Shown here piece after piece: positions 26,330 to 39,860 of a DNA stretch of 64,000 nucleotides (the stretch's first letter is position 1; each line of letters begins with the position of its first letter). Origin of the DNA: Isurus oxyrinchus (Eukaryota); NCBI GenBank assembly GCA_026770705.1, contig JANJGN010000026.1, forward strand, positions 31,062,001 through 31,126,000, written 5' to 3'. The notes beneath the pieces were generated by a model. The model had not been told where the DNA came from and did not search any database. It saw only the letters and a program-made list of their open reading frames with translations. The position numbers and the translations under genes are program-made.

Positions 26330-26830
26330 TTGCTCTGTTTATTTGACTCCTTGGGTCAATTTGTGTTATGCCTCTGCCTGTACTACACTAGGTATTGTGT
26401 CTGTTACTAATTACACTAGCCAATACCTATGTTTATATTACACCAGGTCCTGTCTCTGATATTACTGCACGGGCCCATATTCCTGGTTATATAACACCAG
26501 GCCTTGTCTCTTTTATTACTTCATTAGCCGATATCTCCTTTTATATTAAACCAGATACTGTCTCTGTTATTAATGCAGTAGTCCATATCTCTGCTTATGT
26601 TACACCAGGTCCGGTGTCTGATATTACTGCACGAGCCCATATCCTTGGTTATATAATACCAGGTCTTGTCTCTGTTATTAATTCATTAGTCGATATCTCC
26701 TTTTATATTAAACCAGATACTGTCTCTGTTATTAATACAGTAACCCATATCTCTGCTTATGTTACATCAAGTTCGGTCTCTTTTTATACTCGACTAGGCC
26801 ATGGTTTATTTTCGTTAAGATTACATTGAA
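26330..26830 (+). repeat. 27-bp-family minisatellite with an internal 135-bp duplication
   Basis: ORF 26395..26829 shows a duplicated 45-residue pseudo-peptide. Confidence 0.7.
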
Positions 26831-28019
26831 TATACAACCTGCAGCTAAAATAATCCATCCAAACATGATTCGAGTGGTTGTGGTGGAATTTGTGAGATAA
26901 CAGTTAAAAAAGTGGAAACAGAAATTCTGAAAGTCTCTGGAGAGCAGCAGGAGTTTCACTCCTTCCCATCAACAGGAATAATAAATCGGAGAATTACAGG
27001 TGTATTAGTCTCATGTCAGGTGTAGGTAATGTTTGATTTTTGCCATCACTTGCACAAATCATCACACATTCGAGATTATCAGGAGCTTCTGTGAGATATT
27101 GAGGTGATCATTTGTTAATAAACTGCTGGTTCTTCTGGATGTGATTTACTCCATTTTCCAACTGATCACCGGAGACAGATAAAGCATCTTAGAATTGAAA
27201 TCGTTAGCCTGAGATCACTTTATAAACAAATGCACACAACAAACTGGTTATCAATAAATATTTACAGTATTAAACAATCTACAATTTGCATAAATGCATA
27301 GTTTTGGATTTGAACACAATCTTTGAACGCAGGATTGGACTGAAAGTTGTCATTGGGAGAAATGAAGAGAAATTGTGAAAAAAATTCTCCAAAGAGTGTT
27401 ATTAGATAACAAGAGATTCAAAATGAATAAGAGACTGTCTCAGAGAGAGAGAGAGAGAGAGAGAGGGTGGTGAGGTGGCGGGGAGGGGGGTTGGGGTGGT
27501 GGGGGCGGGAGTTAGATGGTGAGTGGAGAAAGCGAGAGAGAGAGAGAAAGAAAGATTGAGAGAGTGAGAGAGAGAGGAGGTTCAGTGAGTTAGACGCTGC
27601 CTCAGGCGGAGAGAAAAGAGACATTCAATGAGTTTGGTGATAAATATGCTCGTCTTAGTGATAAAAGTGTCAGTAAGAAATCACTTTCTAAGCAAAAGTA
27701 CACAACGAAACATGATATCAATAAATATTTACAGCACTAAATCATCCACAGTGACAGTTTGAGTAAAAGAAAATTAAATATTGAAACATTTGGGTAAAGT
27801 TCATCACTAATCTTTGAGAAACGGTTGTATAAGCAAGAGGCATGATTATTTTTCTAAACGGCATAGATAACTGACCATATCTGATCCATAATTTCTTTGA
27901 CTAAAACTAAATGAAAATAACTATCAGGTGCTGCAAAGAACGGGCCATCCAATACCGCCCGTTTTAGGTCAACGCCAGGAAACAATTCCCACCTCAACAT
28001 CTTTGTGTATAATATTATC

Positions 28020-29850
28020 TCTCCAACTCACAGTTGCAGTAATAACAGAGACATGGCCAAGCGTAGAAATAACTGAGGCAGGGTTAGCGCACTAAGCACT
28101 GGGTCAATTGATATTAATCCTCTCTTGGGGCTAGAACAGTAATGATTGATCCGGCACATGAATTAGTAACACCCTAGACAGGGTCTGGTGCAATAATAAC
28201 TCAGACTGCCAATACTGTAAGACAAACAAAAACATTAACCAATGGAATAAAAACAGGGACAGGGCAAGTGTAATAAAAGGAGATGTATGAACAAGTACAG
28301 CTGCAACTAAGGCAGGGTTTAGCGTTGTATGTACAGACACAGTGTCCAGAGCAGTAATAACTGGGGGTTTTCCACATGTAATACAACCAGAGCCACGGCC
28401 GAATTCAGGAGCAGCTGAGACGACGCCGAGCATTGAAATAACTGAGGCAAGAACTGGTGTAATATTATCACAGACATAATCCATTTCAATATAAACAAAG
28501 TCAAGCTCTGGTGCAGTAATGCTGAGACAGGACCGAATGCACCAATTATTGACACAGCATCTACAGTTATACAAACGAACGCTGGGCCTAGTATCAGCAA
28601 TTATTGAGCCAGGATCTAGTGCAGTATTAACAGACTTGGCCTTGTGTAGTATAAACAGAGACATGGTCTACACACAAATAACATTGACATGGCCTATTTT
28701 AATATAAACAGAGGCAATGCCTGGTGTAATATTAACGGAGTCAGGGTCTCGTGTAAAATAAACTGAGACAGGGTCTAGTGTAATATAAACTTATACAGGG
28801 TCTAGTGTAATATAAACTGAGACAGGGTCTATTGTAATGTAAACAAAGACGTGCTCTAGTGTAATAAAAACCGAGTCGGGCTCCAGTGTAATATTATCTG
28901 AGACGGCGCCTAATGTAATATAAACTGAGACAGGGTCGAGTGTTATATAAAACAAAAACAAAAATACCTGGAAAAACTCAGCAGGTCTGACAGCATCTGC
29001 AGAGAGGAACACAGTCAACGTTTCGAGTCCATATGACACTTCAACAGAATTGAGTGTTATACAAACTGAGATAGGGTCAAACAGAATATAAGCAAAAAGG
29101 TGATCTAGTGTAATAGAAACAGAGACATGATGTAGTTGAGTAAAAAGTGAGGTAGTTTTGAGTGCAGTAATAATTGAGACAGTGTCTTGTGTAATATGAA
29201 CACCGACATGGTCTAGTTCAGTAATAACTGAGGCAGGAGCTAGTGAAAGGAAACTGACACGGGATCTGTTGCAGTTTCATCTGATACAGGACCTTGTCTA
29301 ATATAAGCTGAGACAGAGTCTAGTGCAATAACTGCCAACACAGGGCCTGGATTAATATAAACAGAGATGTGGGCAAGGGCAGCAGTAAGAGAGAGCCACG
29401 GTATTATACAATAATAACAGTGACAGGGCATCGTGTGATATAAACAGAGACATAGACTGGTGCAGCGTTAGCCAAGGCATCCCCTAGTTTAGTATAAACG
29501 TGGCAGAGTCCAGTAGTGCAATAACTAAGACAGAGCCTCGTGTCATGTAAACAGGAACATGTTCTGTTTTCGTATAAGTAGAGACAGGTACCAGTGCAGT
29601 GACAACTGAGACATGGGCTATTATCATTTTAGCCAAGACATGGTTTAGTGCAGTGATAACTGAGAATGTATAGGGTAACAGGGTCTTTGACCTGTATATT
29701 GACTGAGGTTGAGCTATTATGAAACAACTGACACAAAACCTGTTGTAATATGATCAGAAACATCACTGAGTGTAATATATACAGACAAAGGTCAAGTTTA
29801 ATATGAACAGGGAAAGGGTTCGGTGCAGAAATGATTGAGACTGCTTGTTT
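28020..29850 (-). repeat. 27-bp-family minisatellite, reverse orientation
   Basis: Repeated ACTGAGACAGGGTCTAGTGTAATATAA-like units. Confidence 0.8.
28949..29051. mobile_element. Short Penelope terminal fragment with 10-bp TSD
   Basis: Near-identical to the left arm of the 16658 element; flanked by GAGTGTTATA at 28939-28948 and 29052-29061; hammerhead-like CTGTTGA..GACTCGAAACG on -. Confidence 0.7.
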
Positions 29851-29875
29851 TATATATTGTCAGTATTCACTGTTT

Positions 29876-29894
29876 CACCGCCATCTACTGGACG
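29876..29894 (-). promoter_or_regulatory. CTCF-like motif
   Basis: Minus strand reads CGTCCAGTAGATGGCGGTG, a close match to the CCAGYAGRKGGCR core. Confidence 0.6.
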
Positions 29895-29954
29895 GATTCT
29901 ACTATTGCAGATGTTGTGAAAATGTTGATTTGAATTGCTGCTTCCGACATTAAT

Positions 29955-31345
29955 GATAGAATTTTTACAGCGCAGGAGGATGCTATTCGGCCATTCCTGT
30001 CCGTGCTAACCCACTAGACCCTGTATAAGTTTATATTACACTAAACCCTGTCTCAGTTTATTTTACACGAGACCTTGACTCCGTTAATATTACTCTAGGC
30101 ATTGCCTCTGTTTATATTAAAATAGGCCCTGTCATCGTTATTTGTGTGTAGACAATATCTCTTTTTTTCTTTTTTTCTTTTCAGTTAAGGATCCAGTTTC
30201 GTTTTGAAAGCATCAATTGCCCCTCAATCCACCACGCTGTCAGGCAGTGCATTCCAGATCCTAACCACTCACTGCGTGAAATGTTTTTCCTCTTGTCTCT
30301 ATTGCTTCTTCTCCAGATTACTTTAAACCTGAGCCGTCTGGTTCTCAATCCTTCCATCAATGGGAACAATTTCACCCTATCTCCTCTGCCCAGACCCTTC
30401 GTGATTTTTAATACCTGTATCAAATCTCCTCTAAACTTTCTCTCCTCAAATGAGATTAAAGGCAAGTGCTCCATTCTTTATACATAATTGGAGTTCTTCA
30501 TCCCTGAAACAATTTCCATGAATCTTTCCTGTGCCCTCTCTCATGCCATCAAATTCTTCCAAAGGTGTGGTGCCCGCAATTGGATGCAATTCTCCAGTTG
30601 AGGCCTAACCAGGGTGTCACACACGTTTAACATAACCTCTTTGTTTTTACATTTTTTCCTCTATTAGTAAAGCTCAGGATGCTGCAAGCTTTATTAACTG
30701 CGTTCTTTCAACTTGTCCTGCCACCTTCAATAATTTATACACATAAACACCCAGGTCACTCGGCTCCTGCAGCCCCTTTGGAATCACACCCTTTCTTTTA
30801 TACTGTCTGTCTGCGTTCTTCCTACTAAAATGAACAACTTTTTGCCTTCTCTGCATTAAATATCATCTGTCACTTGTCCGCCCTTTCCACCAACCTCTCG
30901 ATGTCTTTTTGAAGTTCTATACTATCCTCCTCATGACCCGCAATGCTTCCACATTTCACATCATCCGTATATTTTGAAATTGTGCCCTGTACACCAAGGC
31001 CCAGTATCTGAATAAATATTATAAAACGTAGGCATCGTAGCACTGAACCTTGGGGACTGCATTATAATCCTCCCCGAGTCCGAAAAACAATGGTTCAAAA
31101 CTACTCTTTGTTTCCTGCCACTCAGACAGTTCCCAATCCATGATGTAACCGTTCATTTTATTCCAGCGAGCTCCAACTTTGCTCACAGGTCTTTTGTGCG
31201 GCACTTCATCAAATGTCTTTCAGAGACCATGTAAACCACATCAAAAGCGTTACCCGCATCCACCATCGCTACTATGTCATCAAAAAACTCAAGCAAGTTA
31301 GTTAAACATGATTTGCTCTTAACAGATCTATGCTGGCTTAATTTA
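29955..31345 (-). mobile_element. CR1 LINE fragment, its 3' end split by a satellite-derived insert
   Basis: ORFs 30181..30474(-) (RGDLIQVLKI..LFPL), 30674 and 31019; 3' UTR piece at ~29955-30012. Confidence 0.8.
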
Positions 31346-31384
31346 TCAAGAAACCACTTCTACACATTTATCGGCTCATTACCT

Positions 31385-31771
31385 CCTGCGCGAAATCCCA
31401 ATACTATGGTGCAAGTATGGCAAATTAACGTGGCTGATTTGCGCACTTTAAAGTCAAGAAAAGAGCAAAGTGTCTCAATTCCTTTGTTTAATTCTTGAAG
31501 ATCGTGTTTCAACCAAAGAATGTGGACTAAGGCGCACATTGTGGGAATGATGGGAACTTTAATGACCAACTCAACCGGTGTGAAGTGGGGAGAAATCTTT
31601 TCTTTATGGAACCACTTGAAATGCGGTGACGGTGATTTCCTCCGATTCTGCAGGTGCTACAGAACCTCCGCGGTCGGCAAGATGAAATGTGTGCATATGA
31701 GTGCACGCATCAGATTTACTTACAAGTGAAATCCACAAAGATAAACAACCATTGTTACCTATTATGTTCCA
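31385..31771 (-). pseudogene. Decayed leader plus V-like remnant
   Basis: Leader-like MEHNR*QWLFIFVDFT ending in a phase-1 GTAAGT donor (~31722); downstream FKVRKSATLIC resembles LKVxDSATYxC. Confidence 0.35.
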
Positions 31772-32309
31772 TGTTTTATTTTATTGAAATAGTATTTGCT
31801 GTTCGTTTAATATCGTTAACATTAATAGGGAAGACATTGACCATTCCCTCACCAAGGAATACCTCTGTTCCTAGTATTCAGTTGAAAATTGGACTACATT
31901 ATTCCGCGGAGGGTGAGCATATACACACCAGTCTCAGCGGTTCAGTTTTAAGTGCTTCGCTCAACATTAAACAGGATCTCCTGACATAAACGTTGAGAGT
32001 GTGATAAGTTGTGTGAGTGATTGTAAGTAATCAATCTATATATACCTGACCTGAATTTACTTCATTTTAAAATCCCGATTTATTATTACCCTTGTTTGGA
32101 ATTTGCTGCTCTCCTGCAAGTTTCACACTATTTTTGTTGCCGCGTTATTCCTTCTTACCCCGTTACATTCATCATTTCCACCGGTACAATCCTGAGGAAC
32201 AGAATGACCTCCTTCCCAGCTGGGAGCACGGATTCATTCTAGAATCTATGATTTATTGTCTCAATCTAACACTTTTCATTTTGCACCTATAGTTCATAAA
32301 AAGGAACAG

Positions 32310-32665
32310 GAAAAAGAAGAAAAATATATATTACAGCTCCTTTCACGATCACTGGAGTGTTTTACAACCAAAAATGCGCTTATAATGTGTATTCACCGTT
32401 GTAATGCAGGGCACACTGTAGCCTGTTTGAGCACAGCAATCTCCCACAAACAGCAATATGATAATGACCAGGTAATCTGCGTCTTTGCGTATTTTCTTAT
32501 GTTTATTGACTGATAAATGCTTGCTAAGGCACCGGGGATAACTCTCCTGCACTTCCAGATGGCATAGTACCATGGAATCTTTCACATCGACCTGAGAGGG
32601 CAGACGGCCCCCAGTTTAATGACAGAGGGGAAAGTGCTGCCAACTGAGCCACAGCTGACAACCAA
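32310..32665 (-). mobile_element. Deu-domain SINE-like element
   Basis: GCACAGCAATCTCCCACAAACAGCAAT core and a tRNA-like head (rc GTGGCTCAGTTGGCAGCACT). Confidence 0.6.
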
Positions 32666-33254
32666 AGTCCCTTGTGAATGAATATATAGACAAAGAAGAC
32701 ACAAATAAGTAGAAATCCAGGCTACGGCTCAACTTTCTACATAGACACATAGTTAAATCAGACTGAATCCGGCCATAATGATATCCAAAACCTGACTGAA
32801 GAGTCCTGCTGGTGGTACAAGCACTGACTGTAGGTCTGATCTTAAGTCTGACAACAGAATTATTCCTTCATTGTGCGAGTTGTACTCTGAGATTCGGCCA
32901 TTTTGTAGATTAGCCAGAACTTCACAGTAATTCAAATGGTTTGTGGGCCAACTGGGTCATTTCGTTAAACAGAAGTGTATTCCTTGGACCTTGAATCATT
33001 ACAGAATTGGAGATCGTTAATAGATTGTGAAACACCAATTGATTAGGAGTGGTGAAAGGATTAGGGATTATTGATATAGTGAGAAACATCATTTGGTTCC
33101 AAGCAATTGATTTTCTGGGAAAGATGAAGGTTTGGAACTGTCAATAGATCAAACCATTAATGAATTGAGACACAACTGATGTTTATCAAACACGATCAAC
33201 GGCAAAAAATATACCGAGAAATATAAATTGTTTTGCAATATGACAGCCTGGTAA

Positions 33255-34188
33255 TGTTACGAAAGTATAATAATTTCACTATATTTTTCTGGCTTATAGT
33301 CTGGTTTATGGGAGTGAGTATGGTTGGTTCTGTCTGTGTGATTCAATTACTTTTGGAGTCAGGTAGTCTGTAAGCTTGGAATTATCAAAAGAAGCTAGGT
33401 GTAGAAATATGTTTGAGTTGCTAATGAGTAAACATGGGTGGTGGTTTAGCCTGTAAATTGGGAAGGGAATTTTCCATTTTAGATAAATGAAGGGATTGTT
33501 TGGATTTCAACAGGATGTCAGTCTGTTTATAACTATCCAGCTAAGCAAGGCTAAGCAGTGTATTTATTTTTCCCAAAGGTCACTGACAATATTGGTAACA
33601 TGATTTTTTTATTATCATGGGAAAGGTACCATTCCAAAGGCATATGGAATAATATAATTTACATTTAAAGAGAGCGACAATATATATAGGAGAATGAAAT
33701 GCTGTGTGAGGCGAGGGCCATGTTGGGTCAGCAGAACTGTGTGAAACTGCCTTCAAGAAGCCTCCAGCTATTTGTGCATAAGTTGGCTATGTCCAGTAAC
33801 TGACATTAGAGGAAACCATTTGGAAATCCATTGCCAAGTGGGCACTAGGTTAACTTGTTGGTTTTCTTTGAAATCTAAAATCTATTTTGGACTGTTGCCT
33901 TAAAGGCGGTATGTAAGTGGGAGTCAGGTTAATTCGGAATTTTAGAATTTGTTATAGCATTAAGTAATTGCAGTCTTATGTATGTGCTTGAAAACTTTTA
34001 TTTTGTTAATATACATTTTAATTTAATTATTGAAATCTCTAAAGGTCTTAGTTGACTCATTATTGCTGAAGACTGTTTACTCATCTTCTTGTAATGAACA
34101 CAAATTGCAAAACCTTTGTGATGGTGTGATCAAGTTTCTCTTGTGGATTTGGTCCGCCTGGCCACAAATCAGCTGCTATGTCATAACA
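33255..34188 (+). mobile_element. Possible solo LTR
   Basis: 934-bp non-coding block bounded by TGTTACGA...TCATAACA (imperfect TG..CA inverted ends); no clean TSD seen. Confidence 0.4.
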
Positions 34189-35483
34189 CAATGTACCTGG
34201 AACTATCTCTCCATTCATCTGTCACTGTTTCTGTTAGCTGGCACAGCAACAGTTACTCCTGATAGTGGGACATTAAACATGAATGGCAGCGTGCACAGAC
34301 TGGGTAATTATGATAGATAAAAGTAGAGATCCTCTTCTGCAATGAGGGGGATCAATTGTGTATTAAGGAACTCTGTGCTGTTTACCTAAAAACATTTAAC
34401 CAATATAATATTAATAACTATATTAATAACAATATGAATAATTAATTTTGCCGCAGTTTTGAACATTCGTGAAGGGTTTAAAGGTATAAGTTAAGGGCAT
34501 AAATTTGTCTGGAAAGGCAATTACTGAATATTTCCACATTGACTTATTGTTAGAGGCTTCATATCACAACACTATTTCTCCCCGACCAGAAAAAGTCTCA
34601 AAAAGCAACTGTAACCGTATGAAAAACATGAGTTTCGATTCTTATCGTCCCATAGAGCATTGACCTTCTATTCATGTTCAAAACTGTGATTCAGATCACT
34701 TCAGCTACTTCACCGACTCAGCTCTGTCCAGCTGATGCACCATGTCTGATCTAACCAGAATCTCCATCGCGGCAATCCTGAGCACATCTCTTTGGAGTAC
34801 GGACCTCAACCATCCAACTCGTGAAGAATTGATTCTCTGCACGAATGTACTGAATGGAAAGCCTCTCGGGCGTGTGTTTAAAGGGGTTAAGGGCTTATGA
34901 ATTTGCGACAACAATCTGTAATACCCATCGGATATGTTTCATTGTGGCAATATTTTTCAAACAATATTTTGCCGTGGACTTTTTTCCCGTGCTGTTTAGA
35001 ATGTTGTGACTGCACTAGTATCACAGAGCAGCAAGAAATTACCAGGGAAATTGAAACAAAATATGTATTCAACCATCAGCTATGTTTCTGCTGCGATTGA
35101 AGGAATTTGGTTGAGGATATGCTGAGTGCTTTGTTGTGCATGAAAAGACCGCATGTTGCACATGTTATAATCCCCGTTTCTCATCACAGTGATGCAGCCG
35201 CTTTCTATCTTTGAGGTAAAGATTCAACATCACCAGAAAAGGATCATCAGTACCGCAGGGATATCTCCAGGTTGCATTTGGTGACATTCAGCTCGTCAGT
35301 TTTCAACAGCCAAGGAATTGGAATGATCCAGAAAACGGTGAAGGACTGGAAGTACTAGACAGACACAAATGGAATAAAGGACCTGCTGTAAGTTATGGAG
35401 CAGTCAATCGTAAAGATGAAAATATAGAACAGCGTTCTTCAGGCACATGCATCCCCCCTCCCCATCCACCGATCCATCCATCC

Positions 35484-35585
35484 ATCTGAAGAAGAGTCAT
35501 ACAGACTCTAACCGTTAACTGTTTTTCGCTTTCCACAGATGCCGTTCGACCTGCGGAGCTTTTCCAGCATTTTCTATTTTTACAG
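35484..35585 (+). mobile_element. Penelope terminal fragment with decayed hammerhead
   Basis: CTGAAGA-A-GAGTC-ataca-GACTC-TAAC-CGTTAAC; the GAAA box is mutated. Confidence 0.55.
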
Positions 35586-35615
35586 CCGTCCATCCGTTTG
35601 TCTGTTTGTTTCTCC

Positions 35616-35648
<33 letters not shown>

Positions 35649-35697
35649 TCTGTTGTTAATTATGTTTCCATCGTTAACCATGAAATATTTTCTGCAG

Positions 35698-36025
35698 GAG
35701 TGAGTTCTGGACGTTCAGTCGGACAATGGCCAACAGAAGCCCAATAACTAGAAGGAATCTCGAGCATGAATTGTATCTACTCAAATTCTGTTGTGAAGTA
35801 TTTTTGCAGCCTCACTGTCAGAACCAGATTGCATCGTCAGCTTCCATAATTCGGGCACATTCATATGAAAAGATCATTAAAGGTTACTTTTCACTCATTC
35901 GAACAATACCCAAGAATATAGCTGCTTTCACTTTGTTTACTTTTCAGGTCGCTGAGACCCCCGTGTATTACTGTCTGCTGAGGCCCCTCAGTGAGAAAAG
36001 CCTCGGGGCAAATCGTACCAATGCA
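35698..36025 (+). pseudogene. TCR alpha/delta-like V pseudogene with decayed 23-RSS
   Basis: Acceptor TCTGCAG; GVSSGRSVGQWPTEAQ*LEGISSMNCIYS, then a frameshift, then ..FTLFTFQVAETPVYYCLLRP; CTCAGTG (35987-35993) + 23 bp + ACCAATGCA. Confidence 0.8.
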
Positions 36026-36064
36026 ATGTTTTGTGAAATCAGTGAAAATAAGTTTCATTGAATC

Positions 36065-36083
36065 CGGCCACCAGGCGGCGCAT
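36065..36083 (+). promoter_or_regulatory. CTCF-like motif ~40 bp after the V RSS
   Basis: CGGCCACCAGGCGGCGCAT versus consensus TGGCCACCAGGGGGCGC. Confidence 0.65.
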
Positions 36084-36902
36084 CAGGCCGTGGATTCTCA
36101 TCTCGTGTCAGACACTTTCTTAAAAGTACTTGAGGAGAAATGATATGATCTCATATTTATGCCCATTAATGTGACGTTTCCTTAAAGACCCATAATTGTG
36201 GAGTTTAGATCAGTGTTAATCAACAGCTCAGCTCCAACACATTGGGCTGTGATGCCTATTTGTTCTGTTCTCCACTGATAGGTTCAGCCCCTTGTTTTAA
36301 CTGATTTCAACTATGAAGCGATCAGTAACTATAGAATAATACAACAATTATCTAATTCCTGCCGCGAGACTGTTTACCCCAGATTTGAAATGACTATAAA
36401 CCTAACCCAGCTCTTACAGACAGGCAGAATTAAATAATTTCTGTTGGGCGCATTAGTCTTGAATTCAGCTCATATTAGATAGATTTTACGAGTGACAACA
36501 GTGCCCGCGGCCGCATCCCCCAGAGTTCCGTTTGTTTCTCTCGCCCTGATCTTCCTTGTTTTTCCTGTGTTTTGGAAAGTTGTTTCCCACTGTGCCCGGT
36601 TTCACGTTGGTTGGATCAGCAGTACAGTGCGCCGGGGATCTGCACTTCTGCCCTGACAGAAGATTTGGTGGATTGTTGAGTTGCAGACTCGGAGCATTAT
36701 GGGGAATTGCATTACACAGCTCCTCGTCATCGTATCACTTCTTAGTTAATATTTCCTTCCCAGAAAAAAATCAGTTCTCCCCTGACTGCAGTAGCCCACA
36801 TGTTATTAATTGTAAGGTGATGTTGCTGATGATTAAGCTACTGGAGATGATGATGATGATGACCCTGATAATGATGACATTTAGCCAACTACTCTATATT
36901 AG

Positions 36903-37280
36903 GATGGAGCCATCCAGACACAGTGATCGGGTCGGTTGCTGAAATGATGCCGAAGCTGAAATGATGCCGAAAACGACAGGAACACCACGTGATCTGCACC
37001 TTCAAAACAAATCACTTCCACCATTTGTTCTGGGACCGTCTGGAACGCGGGCAACATCCACAGCGATGCAGCCGAGTGTTTCTATGCCACAGGCCCCACA
37101 CTGCGGCACAGATACAGCGGATCCAGATGACAATCCTGCAACGAGCGGCTCAGTTAATGCTCAGCAGACGGTAACCGAACGCCGAGAACAAGGACAAATA
37201 TTCAGCTTCAGTGTAAGATTCAGGCGGAACTTTCTTGAAGGAGATCAAAAACCCGCAACATTCTGTTGTGCCATGACTTC
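36903..37280 (+). pseudogene. Decayed V-like segment
   Basis: After ATATTAG: GWSHPDTVI.., then ICTFKTNHFHHLFWDRLERGQHPQ (C..LFWxRxxxGQxPQ) and later ATFCCAM; 17-bp tandem duplication at 36938-36971. Confidence 0.5.
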
Positions 37281-38959
37281 CGAGCTCCAGGGCATTGTAA
37301 CCAAAGATGCACCGGGGAACACCCCGCCCGGAATTTCCCAGGCAAGGTTTGCAAGACAATTGCCCTGGAAATACAAACTTCCCATGGACAATTGCTCTAC
37401 ACTGGGAACTATCGGAAAATGCAATTTACATCGCAAACTTCGGATGGTTCCGACTTTCTTACATCAATTGTTACCCAGAAAAAAATTAGAAACATTGAAG
37501 CCACATCTAGCTCCTGGGTATCTAATGTACAGACGGACACCCACCAGGGTCCCCCCGCACCGCCGAACGGCCAGCGCACTCCCCCACCCTTTAGACCCCC
37601 TCCCCCCAACCCCTCGCCAATGGGACACTCCCCGACATCCGAAACCTTAGGGGGCACCTCGTATCCCACGGCTACTCTCGAACGCCCAAACCCAACTCCT
37701 CATATGAAGAACGTCCGGCGAAGTCAGTAAATAGACGCAGAATTTCCCACTGCCTGGCAATGGGGGACCCAGTGGATTGTGAACAGAAGAGAGCGAAGGA
37801 GAGAAGGAACTATAAATAAAAGCAGAAATGATATAAATGAACAGAGTTTACAAATCCAGACAGGAAATAGAAAAGCAGACAATGGGTTAAAATTATTGAA
37901 TCGTGCAATGACAGTGATTGAAAGGAAGATCTGAACATTGTCCCTGTGCACCCGATTGCCACCTGCTCCACAGTGGATCAGCCTCACACTTTATACCGAG
38001 TGTTTAAAACTTGTACAATATTCCGGTGATGGTGAGTGAAACCCTCTCCTTCTGCCGCCGCCTCCACCAGCGCTGCCCTATATCGGCTCAGTGCCTGTTT
38101 GGCCTCAGTGGTTAAAGACCTGAGAGATTAACCTGTGAAGATCAGCGAATGAGGTCCCAATGGTTAATAAATTCAGTGTCGTCTGCTCTCATTAGTTAAA
38201 AATTTGAAACATTGAACTGTGACAGGCGAATGAGTATCTCGTTTATAGATTAGCTCTTTGTGCCTATCTGTATGCTTTGAGACACCTACACAAAGGAATA
38301 TAAAGTTGAGACTAAGAACGATGAGTGATACAGAGGGAGTTTGATAAAAGTGAGACTCAGTATGGTGCATATGCAGAGAAGCACTAACAGAGGGACAGAG
38401 GTGAAGGTGAGATTGTATACATTGAATGGGAGGGAGAGACATCAACAGAACGAGATGTATAGTGCTGAGGCTTGAGGACAGCCAGTGGTATAAAGAGAGA
38501 ACAGCAGAAGGATATTGATGCCAATATGTATTTATAAATATAAATGCACGGAAAGTTAGCAGTTGATAATTACCATTCTCCCATTAGAATGACCCTTGGT
38601 GCAGTGAACTGCGGTAAAGAGATCATCACTGTTCTGTGTAATACAAATGAACAAACGATACTAACACTGACTGAAGTTCTGGGACGAACACACAGTCTCT
38701 AGGATCCTCAGTGACACCAGGAGGCTTGCGAATTGGAGAAACCTGGGGATTTTAATAAGGAAAATGGGGATGACGCTGGAAGAAACAATGGGAAACACAG
38801 GCAAAAATTTACAAACAGTTAACAATAAAAACTCGTGGTGTAGGAATCGGAGCAACATTGCTGCACAGTTGAGTGAGAGCCATCTCAATGCATGAGCTCA
38901 GTGCCTAGTTGTACACAGTTATTCAAGAATTAAGCAATACTCATTTATTAGTGCACTGT

Positions 38960-39860
38960 ATAATCCCTCTGTTACATTAAACCAGAGCTCGCCTCATTTA
39001 TTACTGCGCTGGACTGTTACACTAGGTGATGTCTTAGCTATTATTGCATTAGATGTGCCTCCACTTATATTTTTGTTACTTCTGACTACAATAATTTTAA
39101 TGCTTATGTTTATGTCACACCAGACTCTGTTTCAGTTGAACTACACGAGGCCACATCTCACTTTACATTGAATACGTCCCTTTTCTCGGTTATTTGCAAT
39201 AGAATGCATCTCTGTCTATGTTGCCCTAGGCCATATCTCAGTTATTATCGCAATAGGTCATCTCCATTAGTGTTAGGCAACAACTTCTCTCAGTATTACA
39301 AGAGACCAAGTCACTCTTTACATTACAATAACTTTTGTCTCTGTTTACGATACCTGAGACCCTATCAAATGTATTGCGGCATTAGACGTGTCTCTGCTTG
39401 CATTACGCGAGACCCTGCCTGAATTACAACTGCATGAGACTCTGACTCGGTTTACATTACACTGGACTATTTCTATGGTATACTGCATTAAAACATGACT
39501 GAGTTAACATTACACTAGGCCACGCCTTTGCTGATACTGCACTACGATTGTACTCACATTACACTAAAATACTATATGGCCCTATGTACATTACATCATG
39601 CCATATCTTTGTTCATATTATCGGGTGGCTTGTCCGAATTATTATCACATTACCCTTGGCCCTGTTTATATTTCAGTAGGCCATATCTTTTTTATTACTC
39701 CTCCAAGTCAAGCTCCTGTTTACATTATACTAGACCCATTTCTAGTTGTTTTACTCCATACCTTGTTTCAGTTAATACTGAACTAGACTCTCTATTTATA
39801 TTACACCAGGCCATGTCTTAGTTAATGCCATTCTAGGTCACATCCCTATTTATATTAAAT
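38960..39860 (+). repeat. Highly degenerate 27-bp-family minisatellite
   Basis: Recurrent TTACACTAG(A/G)CC..TCTCAGTT-like units. Confidence 0.55.

Noticed and set aside
26960-27200. Further very faint V-like traces (also ~32.8, 34.7-35.3, 38.0, 46.6, 62.9 and 63.5 kb)
   Set aside because: Only one or two short motifs each; too weak to call without a homology search.
36919-36925. Isolated CACAGTG as an RSS (also at ~37968 and ~55993)
   Set aside because: No convincing nonamer at 12 or 23 bp; the 55993 copy is the antisense of the YHCA codons.
36961-37730. 229-aa and 154-aa ORFs as novel genes
   Set aside because: They overlap an out-of-frame V relic and a C-rich low-complexity tract; no coherent domain.
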